A stretch of 59,245 nt of DNA from the NCBI GenBank assembly GCA_036339395.1, contig JAYZBD010000099.1, positions 1-59,245 on the forward strand, given 5' to 3'. The notes below the pieces were generated by a model. That model was not told the DNA's origin and searched no databases. It saw only the letters and a program-made list of their open reading frames with translations. Positions 18,174 to 27,995 of this stretch are shown here, piece after piece. Origin of the DNA: Planctomycetota bacterium. Lineage in GTDB: Bacteria; Planctomycetota; Phycisphaerae; Phycisphaerales; SM1A02. Every line of letters starts with the position of its first letter. Positions within the stretch are counted from its first letter, which is position 1. The position numbers and the translations under genes were made by a program.

Positions 18174-19069
18174 CGAAGGAACATGAAGACATGCCGACAC
18201 TCACCGATGCGGATGCGCACATGCTCGATCGACTCGTCGATGCGGAGTTCGATCCATCGAAGATCACCGGACTTGATGCTGCCGACCAGGCCAGGCTCGA
18301 TCGGATCGTTTCGATTCTCGGCCTCCTTGATTCCTATCCCGTGGCCGAACTCTCAAGCGAGGATCGCACTACGCTCGTACATGCGACGCTTACCCGGATC
18401 GATCGTGCCGAGAGCGAACAGAACGACCGAATGCGTCTTGAACCAGGCAGTGGACCTGCATCCAGGATGGGTGTCCCGGAACTGATCGCCGTCGCTGCGA
18501 TCTTCATATTCGGCCTCAGCCTCATCTTCACGATGATGAACGCAACACGCGAAACCTCGACTCGTTCCGTGCACAGGCACAACCTTGCACAGATCGGTGG
18601 AGCATTCTTCAATCATGCAGGGGACAATGATGGGATCCTCGCCAATACGAATGCTCCGGAGTGGGATTCCCTGTTCGGTGAGACCACCAATCGCCTCGAT
18701 TTGCAACCCCTGGTCGAACAGGACTATCTGGCCTCCGATGTGCCAGGCTTGCAGGACGAATCGCGCTGGTCGTACCAGACCCAGCCCAGGACGCACGTCT
18801 TCCAGGCAAGCCAGCCCGCCATGACGGTTCTCATGGGCAATCGAAACCCCTACATGACCCGGGGGATCGTGGAAGTCTGGAAAGACAAGGTCAAGATCGG
18901 GACATTCCCGGCGACGTTCACATGGTCCCCAAGTGTCCTGCTGAGTGACGGCTCGATCCAGGACATTGAGGGGCACGCCTACGAGGGCGATGACATGCGT
19001 ACTCCCGACCCCTTGTGTCGCGACTTGGAGCAGGCGGACGTATTCCTGACGCATCCCATTGCACACTGA
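18170..19069 (+). CDS. Putative anti-sigma factor: single TM helix with an extracytoplasmic pseudopilin-like (DUF1559-type) domain
   Basis: ATGA overlap with the ECF sigma gene. Cytoplasmic N-domain, then TM helix LIAVAAIFIFGLSLIFTMM. HRHNLAQIGGAFFNHAGDNDG resembles the NNLKQIGLALHNY segment of planctomycetal pseudopilin-like proteins. C-terminal VLLSDGSIQDI. Confidence 0.55.
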   Translation: MTKEHEDMPTLTDADAHMLDRLVDAEFDPSKITGLDAADQARLDRIVSILGLLDSYPVAELSSEDRTTLVHATLTRIDRAESEQNDRMRLEPGSGPASRMGVPELIAVAAIFIFGLSLIFTMMNATRETSTRSVHRHNLAQIGGAFFNHAGDNDGILANTNAPEWDSLFGETTNRLDLQPLVEQDYLASDVPGLQDESRWSYQTQPRTHVFQASQPAMTVLMGNRNPYMTRGIVEVWKDKVKIGTFPATFTWSPSVLLSDGSIQDIEGHAYEGDDMRTPDPLCRDLEQADVFLTHPIAH

Positions 19070-19129
19070 GACACCTTCGAGAGCTCCAATCTCGACAGTC
19101 CATTCACTTCCTGTTATTCTCCGCGACTT

Positions 19130-19160
19130 GGCCCGCAGTGCGGGCCGAGCCAGTTGTTTT
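19130..19160 (+). terminator. Hairpin (GGCCCGC agt GCGGGCC) with a distal T-run; terminator or rpmI leader structure
   Basis: Palindrome ggcccgcagtgcgggcc lies 61 nt after the anti-sigma stop and 43 nt before the rpmI start. The T-run gttgtttt follows about 8 nt later. Confidence 0.3.
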
Positions 19161-19188
19161 CTACGCCCATGGGGCAGGAACGAGCGTC

Positions 19189-19434
19189 GTGCCGAAGAAC
19201 AAGCCCAACAAGGGACTGCTCAAGCGGATCAGGATGACCAAGTCAGGCAAGGTCAAGATGGGCCGTGCCTATGGACGTCATCGCAGGAGCCACAAGGCCG
19301 GTGACCTGCTTCGTTCCTATCGTGCCCCCAACTACGCCCATGCCAGTGATCTGAAGAAGATCGCACGCATGCTGCACTCCCGCGTTACAGGCGCGGGCGC
19401 TGCTGGCTCTGCTCCGGCGGGCTCGGAAGACTGA
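19189..19434 (+). CDS. rpmI: 50S ribosomal protein L35
   Basis: GTG start. VPKNKPNKGLLKRIRMTKSGKVKMGRAYGRHRRSHK matches the L35 MPKxKTxKgaaKRfkxTgsGK pattern. Ala/Gly-rich C-terminal extension. Confidence 0.85.
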   Translation: MPKNKPNKGLLKRIRMTKSGKVKMGRAYGRHRRSHKAGDLLRSYRAPNYAHASDLKKIARMLHSRVTGAGAAGSAPAGSED

Positions 19435-19510
19435 ACAAGGATGTTCCTGGCGGGCACAAGTCCTCGGCTGCACCGGGGCCCCGACCAGGACACGAGAACG
19501 GAGTGGACCA

Positions 19511-19882
19511 ATGCCACGCGTACGCAAGGGCGCAGCCAGGACAAGGGCGAGGCGCCGTATTCTCAGGGCCGCACGAGGCTACTGGGGCACCAAGAATCGT
19601 CACAAGCAGCAAGCCAAGGTCGCTCTCCTCCGGGCCGGACAGTTCGCCTATCGTGATCGCCGGGCACGTCGACGTGATTTTCGGCGTCTCTGGATCGTTC
19701 GCATCTCGGCAGCCTGCCGCATGCGGGGTACGCGATACAGCCGATTCATGAATGGTCTTTCACAAGCGGGTGTTGGACTCAACCGGAAGATGCTCAGCCA
19801 GATTGCAATTGAGGATCCTCTGACCTTTGATTCGCTTGTGGAGAAGTCCGAGGCCGCAACGACCGCACCTGCTGCCAATTGA
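19511..19882 (+). CDS. rplT: 50S ribosomal protein L20
   Basis: MPRVRKGAARTRARRRILRAARGYWGTKNR...AYRDRRARRRDFRRLWIVRISAA. Confidence 0.95.
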   Translation: MPRVRKGAARTRARRRILRAARGYWGTKNRHKQQAKVALLRAGQFAYRDRRARRRDFRRLWIVRISAACRMRGTRYSRFMNGLSQAGVGLNRKMLSQIAIEDPLTFDSLVEKSEAATTAPAAN

Positions 19883-19907
19883 CAGAGCGTCTCCAGTGGA
19901 GATACCC

Positions 19908-20534
19908 ATGCTCGGCTTTCTCGGTGAAGCAATCAGGAATTACAGGCAGACAGGTGCTGTTGCACCCTCTTCCCGTGCACTTGCATGTTCAATGGTGTCC
20001 AAGCTGTCCCAGTTCAAGGGTCCTCGTCGCATTCTCGAGGTTGGATCCGGTACCGGGGCGTTCACCCGTCACATTCTCGAGCAGATGTCACCTGGTGACC
20101 GACTCGATGCAGTCGAGATCAACGCTCCCTTTGCAGACACGCTCGATTCGACGATTCTTGAACCGCATCGTGCGGCAAATCCCGAACATGTGGTTCGTGT
20201 CCATGCATGCGCGATTGAAGATGCAGCACTGGAAGGTCCGTACCACGTGGTGGTCTGCGGGCTTCCCTTCAACAACTTCCCACTGGAGATGACCAGGCGG
20301 ATCTTTTCCATCATGCTCGGTTCCATGGAGCCAGGCGGCTGGTTGTCCTACTTTGAATACCTCGCAATGCGGCCACTGAAGGCACCCTTCGTGGGCAGAA
20401 TCGGGCGGTCAGTTCTCCAGGCACATGGGAGTTATCTTGGGGAACTTGAAGGACAACTCAATGGACAGAGGCGCTTGATCATCGGGAATATCCCACCGGC
20501 GTGGTCGGTACACCTGCAGGCAATGGCGACTTGA
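19908..20534 (+). CDS. Class I SAM-dependent methyltransferase
   Basis: ILEVGSGTGAFTRHIL (motif I) and VVCGLPFNNF. ATG at 19908 chosen. Confidence 0.75.
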   Translation: MLGFLGEAIRNYRQTGAVAPSSRALACSMVSKLSQFKGPRRILEVGSGTGAFTRHILEQMSPGDRLDAVEINAPFADTLDSTILEPHRAANPEHVVRVHACAIEDAALEGPYHVVVCGLPFNNFPLEMTRRIFSIMLGSMEPGGWLSYFEYLAMRPLKAPFVGRIGRSVLQAHGSYLGELEGQLNGQRRLIIGNIPPAWSVHLQAMAT

Positions 20535-20547
20535 TGAGGATGGACTG

Positions 20548-21756
20548 ATGGATCGCGTTGAATTCGAAGACACGCTCAAGGACTACGAGGATCGTTTCAA
20601 CACGATGCAGCCGGAAATGGAACTCACGGTCCGTGATCCGGAACTTGGCATCGAGGGCTGGGTGGTGGTCTGGAGTACGCTCAACTGCATGGACAGTCCG
20701 CTCGGGCGAGTCGGCAAGGGCGGTACTCGCATTCATGAGGACATGAGCCTCGACGAGCTGCGGATGCTTGCTCGAACGCAGTCTCTCAAGAATGCTGCGG
20801 CAGGCATCGGTACAGGTGGAGCAAAATCCGGAATGAAGGATGATCCGCAATCACAGGGATTTGAATCCAGGTACAGGCGTTTCGTTCGACTGGTTTCGCC
20901 GGCCCTGAGTGAAAATGGAGGATCATGGGGAGGCCTCGGGTACGACATCGGTGCGCATCCCGACCACTGCACATGGGCCTGTGATGAACTTGGTTCGACG
21001 ACCTGTTTCACCGGGAAGCCGGTCGAGTTGGGTGGTACGGACTATGACGTCGAAGGCATTGCAGGGCTGGGTGTCGCCGTCGCTGCACGAACACTGCTCG
21101 AGGAAACGGGCCGGAGCCCCTCCTCGGCGACGATCGCCGTCCAGGGCATCGGCGCAATGGGGGCTGCGGTGTGCAGGTATGCATCCGAGCAGGGCATGAC
21201 GGTTCGATTCATAGCCGACCCGCGCATCGGCGGTTGCTGGCGACTGGAGTCCGAGTTCGAGGGGGAACTTCGGGAGGCAGTCATCAGCATGGACATCGAG
21301 GGAGCGAGCAAAGCCCTCGAAGAGGGACCGCACATCTGCATGGAGCTTGACGATGTTCTCGAGCAGGCGGTGGACGTGTTGTTCCCCTGTGCCGTGCATG
21401 ATGTGATCACGTCCGACAACGTCGACCTGATCAGCGCCTCGGTAGTCGTGGAAGGCGCCAACAATCCCTGCTCAACGGATGCACGCCGTGAACTGCATGC
21501 TCGAGGTATCACGGTCATTCCCGACATAATCGCCAATCCCGGTGGAGCGATCGCGGCCTATATCGAGTTGACGAGTGAAATCTCCAACGAGGAAAACGCA
21601 TCGACGCGCGCAAAGGTGGCGGAGGCGAAGCAATACACCGAGGAGAAGGTCGCTGCCAATGTCCGGGCCGTGCTCGAACTTGCAGACTCTGCAGGCGTAG
21701 ATCCGGCACGGGCCGCATTGCTGCTTGCCTATCGTCGGGTCTTCGGTGAAGAATGA
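20548..21756 (+). CDS. Glu/Leu/Phe/Val dehydrogenase family protein
   Basis: GIGTGGAKSGM catalytic-Lys region, VQGIGAMGAAV Rossmann dinucleotide motif, and EGANNP near the C-terminus. Confidence 0.85.
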   Translation: MDRVEFEDTLKDYEDRFNTMQPEMELTVRDPELGIEGWVVVWSTLNCMDSPLGRVGKGGTRIHEDMSLDELRMLARTQSLKNAAAGIGTGGAKSGMKDDPQSQGFESRYRRFVRLVSPALSENGGSWGGLGYDIGAHPDHCTWACDELGSTTCFTGKPVELGGTDYDVEGIAGLGVAVAARTLLEETGRSPSSATIAVQGIGAMGAAVCRYASEQGMTVRFIADPRIGGCWRLESEFEGELREAVISMDIEGASKALEEGPHICMELDDVLEQAVDVLFPCAVHDVITSDNVDLISASVVVEGANNPCSTDARRELHARGITVIPDIIANPGGAIAAYIELTSEISNEENASTRAKVAEAKQYTEEKVAANVRAVLELADSAGVDPARAALLLAYRRVFGEE

Positions 21757-22709
21757 GCATGTACGCTGCATCCTTCGATGATGTTCTCACCGCTCATGAG
21801 CGGATTGCGGGACACGTCCATCGGACGCCTGTCCTGACCTGCAGCACGCTGGACGAGTTGAGCGGCCGCTCGCTCTTCTTCAAATGCGAGAACATGCAGC
21901 GGGTCGGGGCATTCAAGTTCCGAGGCGCAACCAATGCGGTCCTCTCGCTGGAGGATGAGATCGCCTCCCGTGGTGTCTGCACCCATTCCAGCGGCAACCA
22001 CGCACAGGCCCTGGCCCTCGCTGCACGGCAACGAGGCATCCCAGCCTGGATCGTCATGCCTACGAGCGCACCAGGGGTGAAACGCAGGGCCGTCGAGGGC
22101 TACGGGGCGACCATCGTTCCATGCGAGCCGACATTGGAAGCCCGTGAGACGACGTGCGCAGGAGTCATGGACGATACCGGGGCGACCCTTGTTCACCCGT
22201 ATGACGATCCACGAGTGATTGCCGGGCAGGGAACAGCGGCACGCGAGTTGATCGAGGAGGTCGGCGAACTGGATGTCATCGTGGCGCCCGTGGGCGGGGG
22301 CGGCCTGCTGAGTGGATCATGCATCACGACGCGGGCCATGCTTCCTGGCGCGGCCCTGGTCGGTGCTGAACCCGTGGGAGCCGATGATGCCACGAGGTCG
22401 CTGGCAGCGGGGGAGTTGATTCCACAGACCGGGCCCGACACGATCTGTGACGGCCTGCTGACCAGCCTGGGTGATCTTACGTGGCCGATACTTCGAGATC
22501 ATCTCCAGCAGATCATCACGGTTGACGACTCGGAAGTCATCGAGGCCATGCGGCTGGCCTGGGAACGCATGAAGATCATCATCGAGCCGAGCAGCGCCAT
22601 CGCACTGGCAGCAGTTCTCTCAAGCGAGTTCTCAAGCGTTGAGGGAGAACGGGTGGGCATCATCTTCACGGGCGGCAACGTCGACCTGGCACAACTGCCC
22701 TTTGTCTGA
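21753..22709 (+). CDS. PLP-dependent serine/threonine dehydratase family protein (catabolic dehydratase / racemase type)
   Basis: FFKCENMQRVGAFKFRGA (PLP Lys), SSGNHAQALA, VAPVGGGGLLSG. ATGA overlap with the upstream dehydrogenase. Confidence 0.85.
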   Translation: MSMYAASFDDVLTAHERIAGHVHRTPVLTCSTLDELSGRSLFFKCENMQRVGAFKFRGATNAVLSLEDEIASRGVCTHSSGNHAQALALAARQRGIPAWIVMPTSAPGVKRRAVEGYGATIVPCEPTLEARETTCAGVMDDTGATLVHPYDDPRVIAGQGTAARELIEEVGELDVIVAPVGGGGLLSGSCITTRAMLPGAALVGAEPVGADDATRSLAAGELIPQTGPDTICDGLLTSLGDLTWPILRDHLQQIITVDDSEVIEAMRLAWERMKIIIEPSSAIALAAVLSSEFSSVEGERVGIIFTGGNVDLAQLPFV

Positions 22710-23817
22710 TCAGTCACTTTCCGTGCGTCGGCGGACGAGTTCCGCATCGATGAAGGCGTCCAGGTCACCATCCAGAACGTTCTGTGGATTGCCGTTCTCG
22801 TGCCCGGTCCTGTGATCCTTCACCCTGTTGTCGTAGAAGACGTAGCTGCGGATCTGTGAACCCCATCCACGGTCGACCTTTCCGCCGGTGGCTTCGTCAA
22901 GTTCAGCCTGGCGTTTCTCTTCTTCGAGTTGTTCCAGCTTTGCCTGCAGGACGGTCATGGCCTGTCGACGATTCTGGGGTTGTTCACGGTAGGTCGAGGA
23001 GACCACCATGATGCCGGTCGGCTTGTGGACGATGCGTATGGCTGAGGCGACCTTGTTGACATTCTGTCCACCGGGTCCCGATGAACGGGCAAAGGGGGTG
23101 ACCTCGAGGTCGTTCTCGTCGATTTCCAGGTTCGTTTCATCGAATTCCGGAATGACGTCGATCGTTGCGAAACTGGTCTGGCGTTTTCCCTGCGAGTTGA
23201 ACGGGCTGACCCGGGCAAGTCGGTGGGTTCCACGTTCGCAGTTCATGTAGCCGTAGGTCAGGGGGCCCTTGAGGTGATAACTGACCTGGTTGATACCCAC
23301 CTCTGTTCCGTGAACCTGTGACAACTGCTCATATTTCCATCCCCGCTTTTCCCAGAACGCCCTGTACATGCGATCCAGCATCGCCGCCCAGTCATCGGCT
23401 TCCGTACCGCCGTCACCCGACTGGATCGATACGAAGCAATCTCGGTGATCATGTGGCCCGCTCAACAGCGACTGCAGTTCCACCTTGTCCATTCGATTGA
23501 CGAGATCGTGGAGTTGGCCATCAACTTCGCTGAGCAACTCTGAATCGTTTTCTTCCCGGGCAAGTTCATAGCCCACCTGTGCATCCTCGAATTCCCGGAT
23601 GACGGTTCCCAGGGAATCAGTCTGGGCCTTGAGGAGCTTGAAATTGGCGATGGTCTTCTGCGCCGCGTCCTGGTCATTCCAGAACTCGACTTCGTTCATC
23701 CGGTCCTGGAGGGCGTCTCGCTGCCTGATCTTCTCGTCGTAGTCAAAGAGAGTCGCGGATGGTCAAGATCCGCGCCTCGAGATCGTCTATCACCGGTTGG
23801 TGGGTTTCGTAGTGCAT
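22710..23817 (-). CDS. prfB: Peptide chain release factor 2, requires programmed +1 frameshift
   Basis: Frame 0: ATG 23817 MHYETHQPVIDDLEARILTIRDSL then TGA. After a +1 shift: DYDEKIRQRDALQDRMNEVEFW... joins the 329-aa ORF. SPF (RVSPFNS) and GGQ (GPGGQNVN) motifs present. The spliced product is 368 aa. Confidence 0.93.
23742..23748 (-). promoter_or_regulatory. prfB: prfB +1 frameshift site CTT TGA C
   Basis: The minus strand reads CTTTGAC at codons 24-25 of the short frame-0 ORF, identical to the canonical RF2 autoregulatory site. Confidence 0.9.
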
Positions 23818-23925
23818 TGAGCCCTTTCGTGTCCGGGCAGTGTAGCGGTGCAGTCATCCACCGGCCATCCGCAGTGGGCGAGGCTGCGTGGGCCTTCGTC
23901 GCGGATGGGGGTACACTTCCTCGCC

Positions 23926-25179
23926 ATGGACATCTCCAGACGTGCCAAGGATATTCCTCCCTCGTCGACCCTCGCCATCACTGCGAAGGTCAGGGCGATG
24001 AAGGCCGAGGGCAAGGATGTGATCGGTTTTGGTGCTGGTGAACCTGATTTCACGACACCGGGATTCATCTGCGAAGCGGCCATGGATGCGTTGCATGATG
24101 GCATGACCCACTACGTGCCGACGCCGGGAACCCCGGAGGTCAGGGAAGCAATCGCTGCAAAGCTTCGTGATGAGAACGGTATCGACTGCGATTCTTCTCA
24201 CATCACCGTCAACAACGGGGCGAAGTTCACCGTCTTCCTTGCATTGCAGGCCTTGCTTGACCCCGGACAGGAGGTCATCCTGCCGACACCTGCATGGGTG
24301 TCGTACAAGCCGATGATCGATCTTGCCCAGGGCAGGCTTGTTGAAATACCTTGCGAAGGTGCGCACGATTTCAAGATGACTCCGGACCAGCTTGAAGCGG
24401 CCATCACCCCGGATACCCGTGTTCTTCTCATGAACAGTCCATCGAATCCCTGCGGAACGATGTACTCACAATCGGAAGTTCGAGCATTCGCAGCAGTCCT
24501 GGAAGGCCATGAACAGGTCGTGGTTGTCAGTGACGAGATCTACGAGCGCCTCGTCTATGGTGATGAACCGAACCTGTCGATGGGTTCCCTCCCTTCCATG
24601 CGGGAGCGGGTCGTGACCATCAATGGACTGAGCAAGGCGTATGCGATGACGGGATGGAGAATCGGCTATGCCTGTGCGCCAGGTGGTGATGGATCGGTCA
24701 TCAAGGCGATGAACAAGCTCCAGAGCCAGATGACTTCGTCGATCACCTCGTTCACGATGCCCGCTGTCGTGGCTGCATTGACCGAGGGTGGCGAGGAAGT
24801 CGAACGCATGCGGCGTATCTTTGCAGGAAGGGCAAGCTTGATTCACAAACTCGTCAAGCAGTGGAAGGGCGTTTCCTGTCCAAGGCCCACGGGTGCCTTC
24901 TACATCTTCCCCGACATCAGTTCCACGTTTGGATCCATGAGTCCAGGGGGGCGGCGGATCGATTCGGCACTGGACTTTGCCGACGCCTTGCTGGATGAAA
25001 CAGGGGTGGCAGTCGTCCCGGGTGAGGATTTCCTCGGTCCAGGCCCACGGCACATTCGCATGAGTTTCGCCACGGACGAGGAACAGATCGTCGAGGGCTG
25101 TGGCCGTATTCGGGAGTGGCTTGGCCAACTCGTTCCAGGCGAAGCCGTCGAGTCGAGTCCATCCAGTTCGGTCTCTTGA
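23926..25179 (+). CDS. Aspartate/aromatic aminotransferase, class I PLP-dependent
   Basis: [39 protein letters not shown] (PLP Lys), RMSFA. ATG at 23926. Confidence 0.9.
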   Translation: MDISRRAKDIPPSSTLAITAKVRAMKAEGKDVIGFGAGEPDFTTPGFICEAAMDALHDGMTHYVPTPGTPEVREAIAAKLRDENGIDCDSSHITVNNGAKFTVFLALQALLDPGQEVILPTPAWVSYKPMIDLAQGRLVEIPCEGAHDFKMTPDQLEAAITPDTRVLLMNSPSNPCGTMYSQSEVRAFAAVLEGHEQVVVVSDEIYERLVYGDEPNLSMGSLPSMRERVVTINGLSKAYAMTGWRIGYACAPGGDGSVIKAMNKLQSQMTSSITSFTMPAVVAALTEGGEEVERMRRIFAGRASLIHKLVKQWKGVSCPRPTGAFYIFPDISSTFGSMSPGGRRIDSALDFADALLDETGVAVVPGEDFLGPGPRHIRMSFATDEEQIVEGCGRIREWLGQLVPGEAVESSPSSSVS

Positions 25180-25242
25180 GGTTCAAAGCCCGTTTTTCCG
25201 GCATTCAAGGCCACTTCATGTGTGCCGCACACCCGTTCATGC

Positions 25243-25271
25243 GTGGACAGGGTGTCTGCAGCGGGGTACAA
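25243..25271 (+). promoter_or_regulatory. Candidate sigma-70-type promoter for rpsO
   Basis: TGGACA - 17 nt - TACAAT, 54 nt upstream of the rpsO ATG. Confidence 0.35.
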
Positions 25272-25324
25272 TCCTCGTTTCCAGAAATGAAATGCCAGAA
25301 ACAACAAGTGAGGGGATGTACCCC

Positions 25325-25594
25325 ATGAGTAGTACGGCCGAACGAAAGGGCCAGATCATCAGCGATTTCCGTCGGAGTGATTCCGACACCGGGTCGCCCG
25401 AGGTCCAAATTGCGATCCTGACGAACAGGATCGAGGAACTCAACGAGCATCTGAAGGGCAGCAGGAAGGACCATGCTTCGAGGCGTGGTCTCTTGCAGAT
25501 GGTGGGGCGGCGAAACAGGCTGCTTCGCTACCTGTCCCGTACGAATCCAGATGCCTACCGGGACACGATCAAGCGACTTGGTCTCAGGAAGTAA
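25325..25594 (+). CDS. rpsO: 30S ribosomal protein S15
   Basis: [50 protein letters not shown]. 89 aa. Confidence 0.95.
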   Translation: MSSTAERKGQIISDFRRSDSDTGSPEVQIAILTNRIEELNEHLKGSRKDHASRRGLLQMVGRRNRLLRYLSRTNPDAYRDTIKRLGLRK

Positions 25595-25630
25595 TCGCAC
25601 AGACATTCCCCGGGCTCCGCACGATCGGGC

Positions 25631-25680
25631 GGCAGCAGACGAGAGACAGTACGGACCAGTACTGTGCCCCGTCTTCTGCC
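25631..25680 (+). promoter_or_regulatory. Long imperfect stem-loop in the rpsO-pnp intergenic region (rpsO terminator / pnp leader processing-hairpin candidate)
   Basis: GGCAGCAGACG...ACAGTAC ggacca GTACTGT...CGTCTTCTGCC. The outer 11-bp stem has one mismatch and the inner stem is a 7-bp perfect pairing. Confidence 0.45.
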
Positions 25681-25771
25681 TCTGGATCCAGGAGATGCCG
25701 GATCCAACTCCAGGACTGACCTGCACACCCGGAATGGGTGGGGCGTCCTCAACAGAATGAAGGCAGAAACA

Positions 25772-27952
25772 ATGAAAGACATATTTGTAGAACGTGAAAT
25801 CGGTGGACGCATGCTTCGTTTCGAGACCGGGAAGGTCGCGAAACTGGCGAGTGGTGCAATCATTGCCCGCTATGCGGAATCCGCGGTGCTCTGCACCGCG
25901 ATGCGTGCGGATCCCCGCCCCGGACTGGATTTCTTCCCGCTTCAGTGCGATTACCGCGAACGACTGACTGCGTCAGGCAAGTTCCCAGGTGGTTTCAGGA
26001 AGCGTGAAGGCGCTCCGGGTGAGAAGGAAATTCTCACCATGCGGATGATCGATCGACCGATTCGCCCCCTGTTTCCCGACGGATTCATCGACGAAGTTCA
26101 GCTTCAATGCTGGGTCATGAGTCATGACGGGCAGAATGACACGGACGTACTGGCCTGCACAGGAGCATCAGCCGCACTGTGCTGCACGGATGCACCCTTC
26201 GAGGGTCCGGTTGCAACAGTTCGTGTCGGCCGAATTGTCACCGAGAGTGGTGAACAGTTCGTGCTGAACCCCACCCACGCCCAGATGGAGTATTCCGACC
26301 TGGACCTGGTGCTTTCAGGTCACGCCGACGGCGTGAACATGATTGAAGTGGGAGCGGCCGAGATCGACGAGGACTCGATGCTCAAGGCCATCGAGTTCGG
26401 CTACGAGGAAGGCATCAAGCTCATTCTCGAAATGCAGAATGAACTCATGGAGAAGGTCGGGGCCACCGAGAAGCGTCCTGGTTCCAGTTCGCTGCCCTCG
26501 GATGAGGTCATGGAGAAGGTCATTGCATTCGCGAAGGACGAGATGAAGACCGCCCGACAGATCAAGGGCAAGCACGACCGAGGCGACAAGGTTGGCGAAC
26601 TGCGTCAACGCATGATGGATGAAGTCTTCCCCGTACCGGGTGATGACGCGTCCTACTCCGCTCACAAGCAGTCAGACGCGGATCGATCCGCTGCCAAAGA
26701 GGCCTTCCGAACGCTTGAGAAGAAGGTCACCCGCTCCCTGATCGTCGATGACGGCATTCGAGCGGATGGTCGGGAGTACAAGGAGATCCGTCCGATCGAC
26801 GCCGAGGTGAAGATGTTCGCCCGGTCGCATGGTTCATGCCTCTTCCAGCGAGGCGAGACGCAGAGCATCGTTTCCTGTGCACTGGGGACGGGCAGAGACG
26901 AGCAGATCGTCGATGGCCTGATGCCCGAGTATGCCAAGAAGTTCTATCTTCACTACAACTTCCCGCCGTTCTGCGTCGGTGAAGCCGGTCGCATCATGGG
27001 ACCGGGTCGACGTGAGATCGGTCATGGTGCTCTTGCAGAGCGATCACTCATGGGCATCCTTCCTGATATCGAGGATTTCCCATACACCATCCGCCTCGTG
27101 AGCGACATCACCGAATCCAACGGGTCATCCTCGATGGCCTCGGTCTGCGGTGGTTGCCTGGCCCTGATGGATGCAGGTGTTCCGATCAAGGACACGTGTG
27201 CCGGCATCTCGGTCGGTCGATTCAGCAACGACTCAGGCAAGATCGTCCATGTAACGGACATCATCGGTGAAGAGGATTTCTTCGGCGACATGGACTTCAA
27301 GGTGTCCGGAACACGCGATGGCATCACGGGCATCCAGCTCGACCTGAAGGCTCGCGGACTCTGGTTCGATGAGATCAAGACGATCTTTGCCCAGGCTCGT
27401 GAAGGTCGCCTCCAGATCATCGAGAGGATGGAGAGCATCATCGCGAAGCCACGCGAGGAAACCTCCGAGTATGCTCCGAAGCTCCTGCAGATCCAGATCG
27501 ATCCAGACAAGATCGGCAAGCTCATCGGGCCTGGTGGCAAGACGATTCGAAGCATCCAGGAACGAACTGGTGCGACGGTCGATGTCGACAACGACGGCAC
27601 GGTCACCATCGCCGCCATCGGTGGCACGCCTGGTCGTGCTGCATTGGCCGAGGTCGAAGCACTCTGTGCCGAGATCCGGGTCGGAACCATCTTCGATGGC
27701 AAGGTTGTTTCAACGAAGGACTTCGGTGCCTTCGTCGAACTTGTTCCAGGTACGGACGGCATGTGTCACATTTCCGAACTTGATGATGGCTTCGTCAAGA
27801 ATGTCGAGGACGTTGTCAAGGTCGGGGACACCATCCGTGTCAAGGTCATCAATGTCGATGACAGCGGTCGGATCAAGCTTTCCCGGAAGGTACTCCTGAA
27901 GGAAGAAGCTGCCGACAGCGAGGAGAACGCGGAGGAAACCGTCGAGGCCTGA
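25772..27952 (+). CDS. pnp: Polyribonucleotide nucleotidyltransferase (PNPase)
   Basis: Two RNase PH domains (FETGKVAKLASGA..., RREIGHGALAERS), a KH domain (IGKLIGPGGKTIRSIQ) and an S1 domain (GKVVSTKDFGAFVEL). Alternative ATG at 25757. Confidence 0.95.
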   Translation: MKDIFVEREIGGRMLRFETGKVAKLASGAIIARYAESAVLCTAMRADPRPGLDFFPLQCDYRERLTASGKFPGGFRKREGAPGEKEILTMRMIDRPIRPLFPDGFIDEVQLQCWVMSHDGQNDTDVLACTGASAALCCTDAPFEGPVATVRVGRIVTESGEQFVLNPTHAQMEYSDLDLVLSGHADGVNMIEVGAAEIDEDSMLKAIEFGYEEGIKLILEMQNELMEKVGATEKRPGSSSLPSDEVMEKVIAFAKDEMKTARQIKGKHDRGDKVGELRQRMMDEVFPVPGDDASYSAHKQSDADRSAAKEAFRTLEKKVTRSLIVDDGIRADGREYKEIRPIDAEVKMFARSHGSCLFQRGETQSIVSCALGTGRDEQIVDGLMPEYAKKFYLHYNFPPFCVGEAGRIMGPGRREIGHGALAERSLMGILPDIEDFPYTIRLVSDITESNGSSSMASVCGGCLALMDAGVPIKDTCAGISVGRFSNDSGKIVHVTDIIGEEDFFGDMDFKVSGTRDGITGIQLDLKARGLWFDEIKTIFAQAREGRLQIIERMESIIAKPREETSEYAPKLLQIQIDPDKIGKLIGPGGKTIRSIQERTGATVDVDNDGTVTIAAIGGTPGRAALAEVEALCAEIRVGTIFDGKVVSTKDFGAFVELVPGTDGMCHISELDDGFVKNVEDVVKVGDTIRVKVINVDDSGRIKLSRKVLLKEEAADSEENAEETVEA

Positions 27953-27995
27953 TTGGCCCTGGTTCGGTGACCCGAAGCAGAGATGGAGCAGACCA

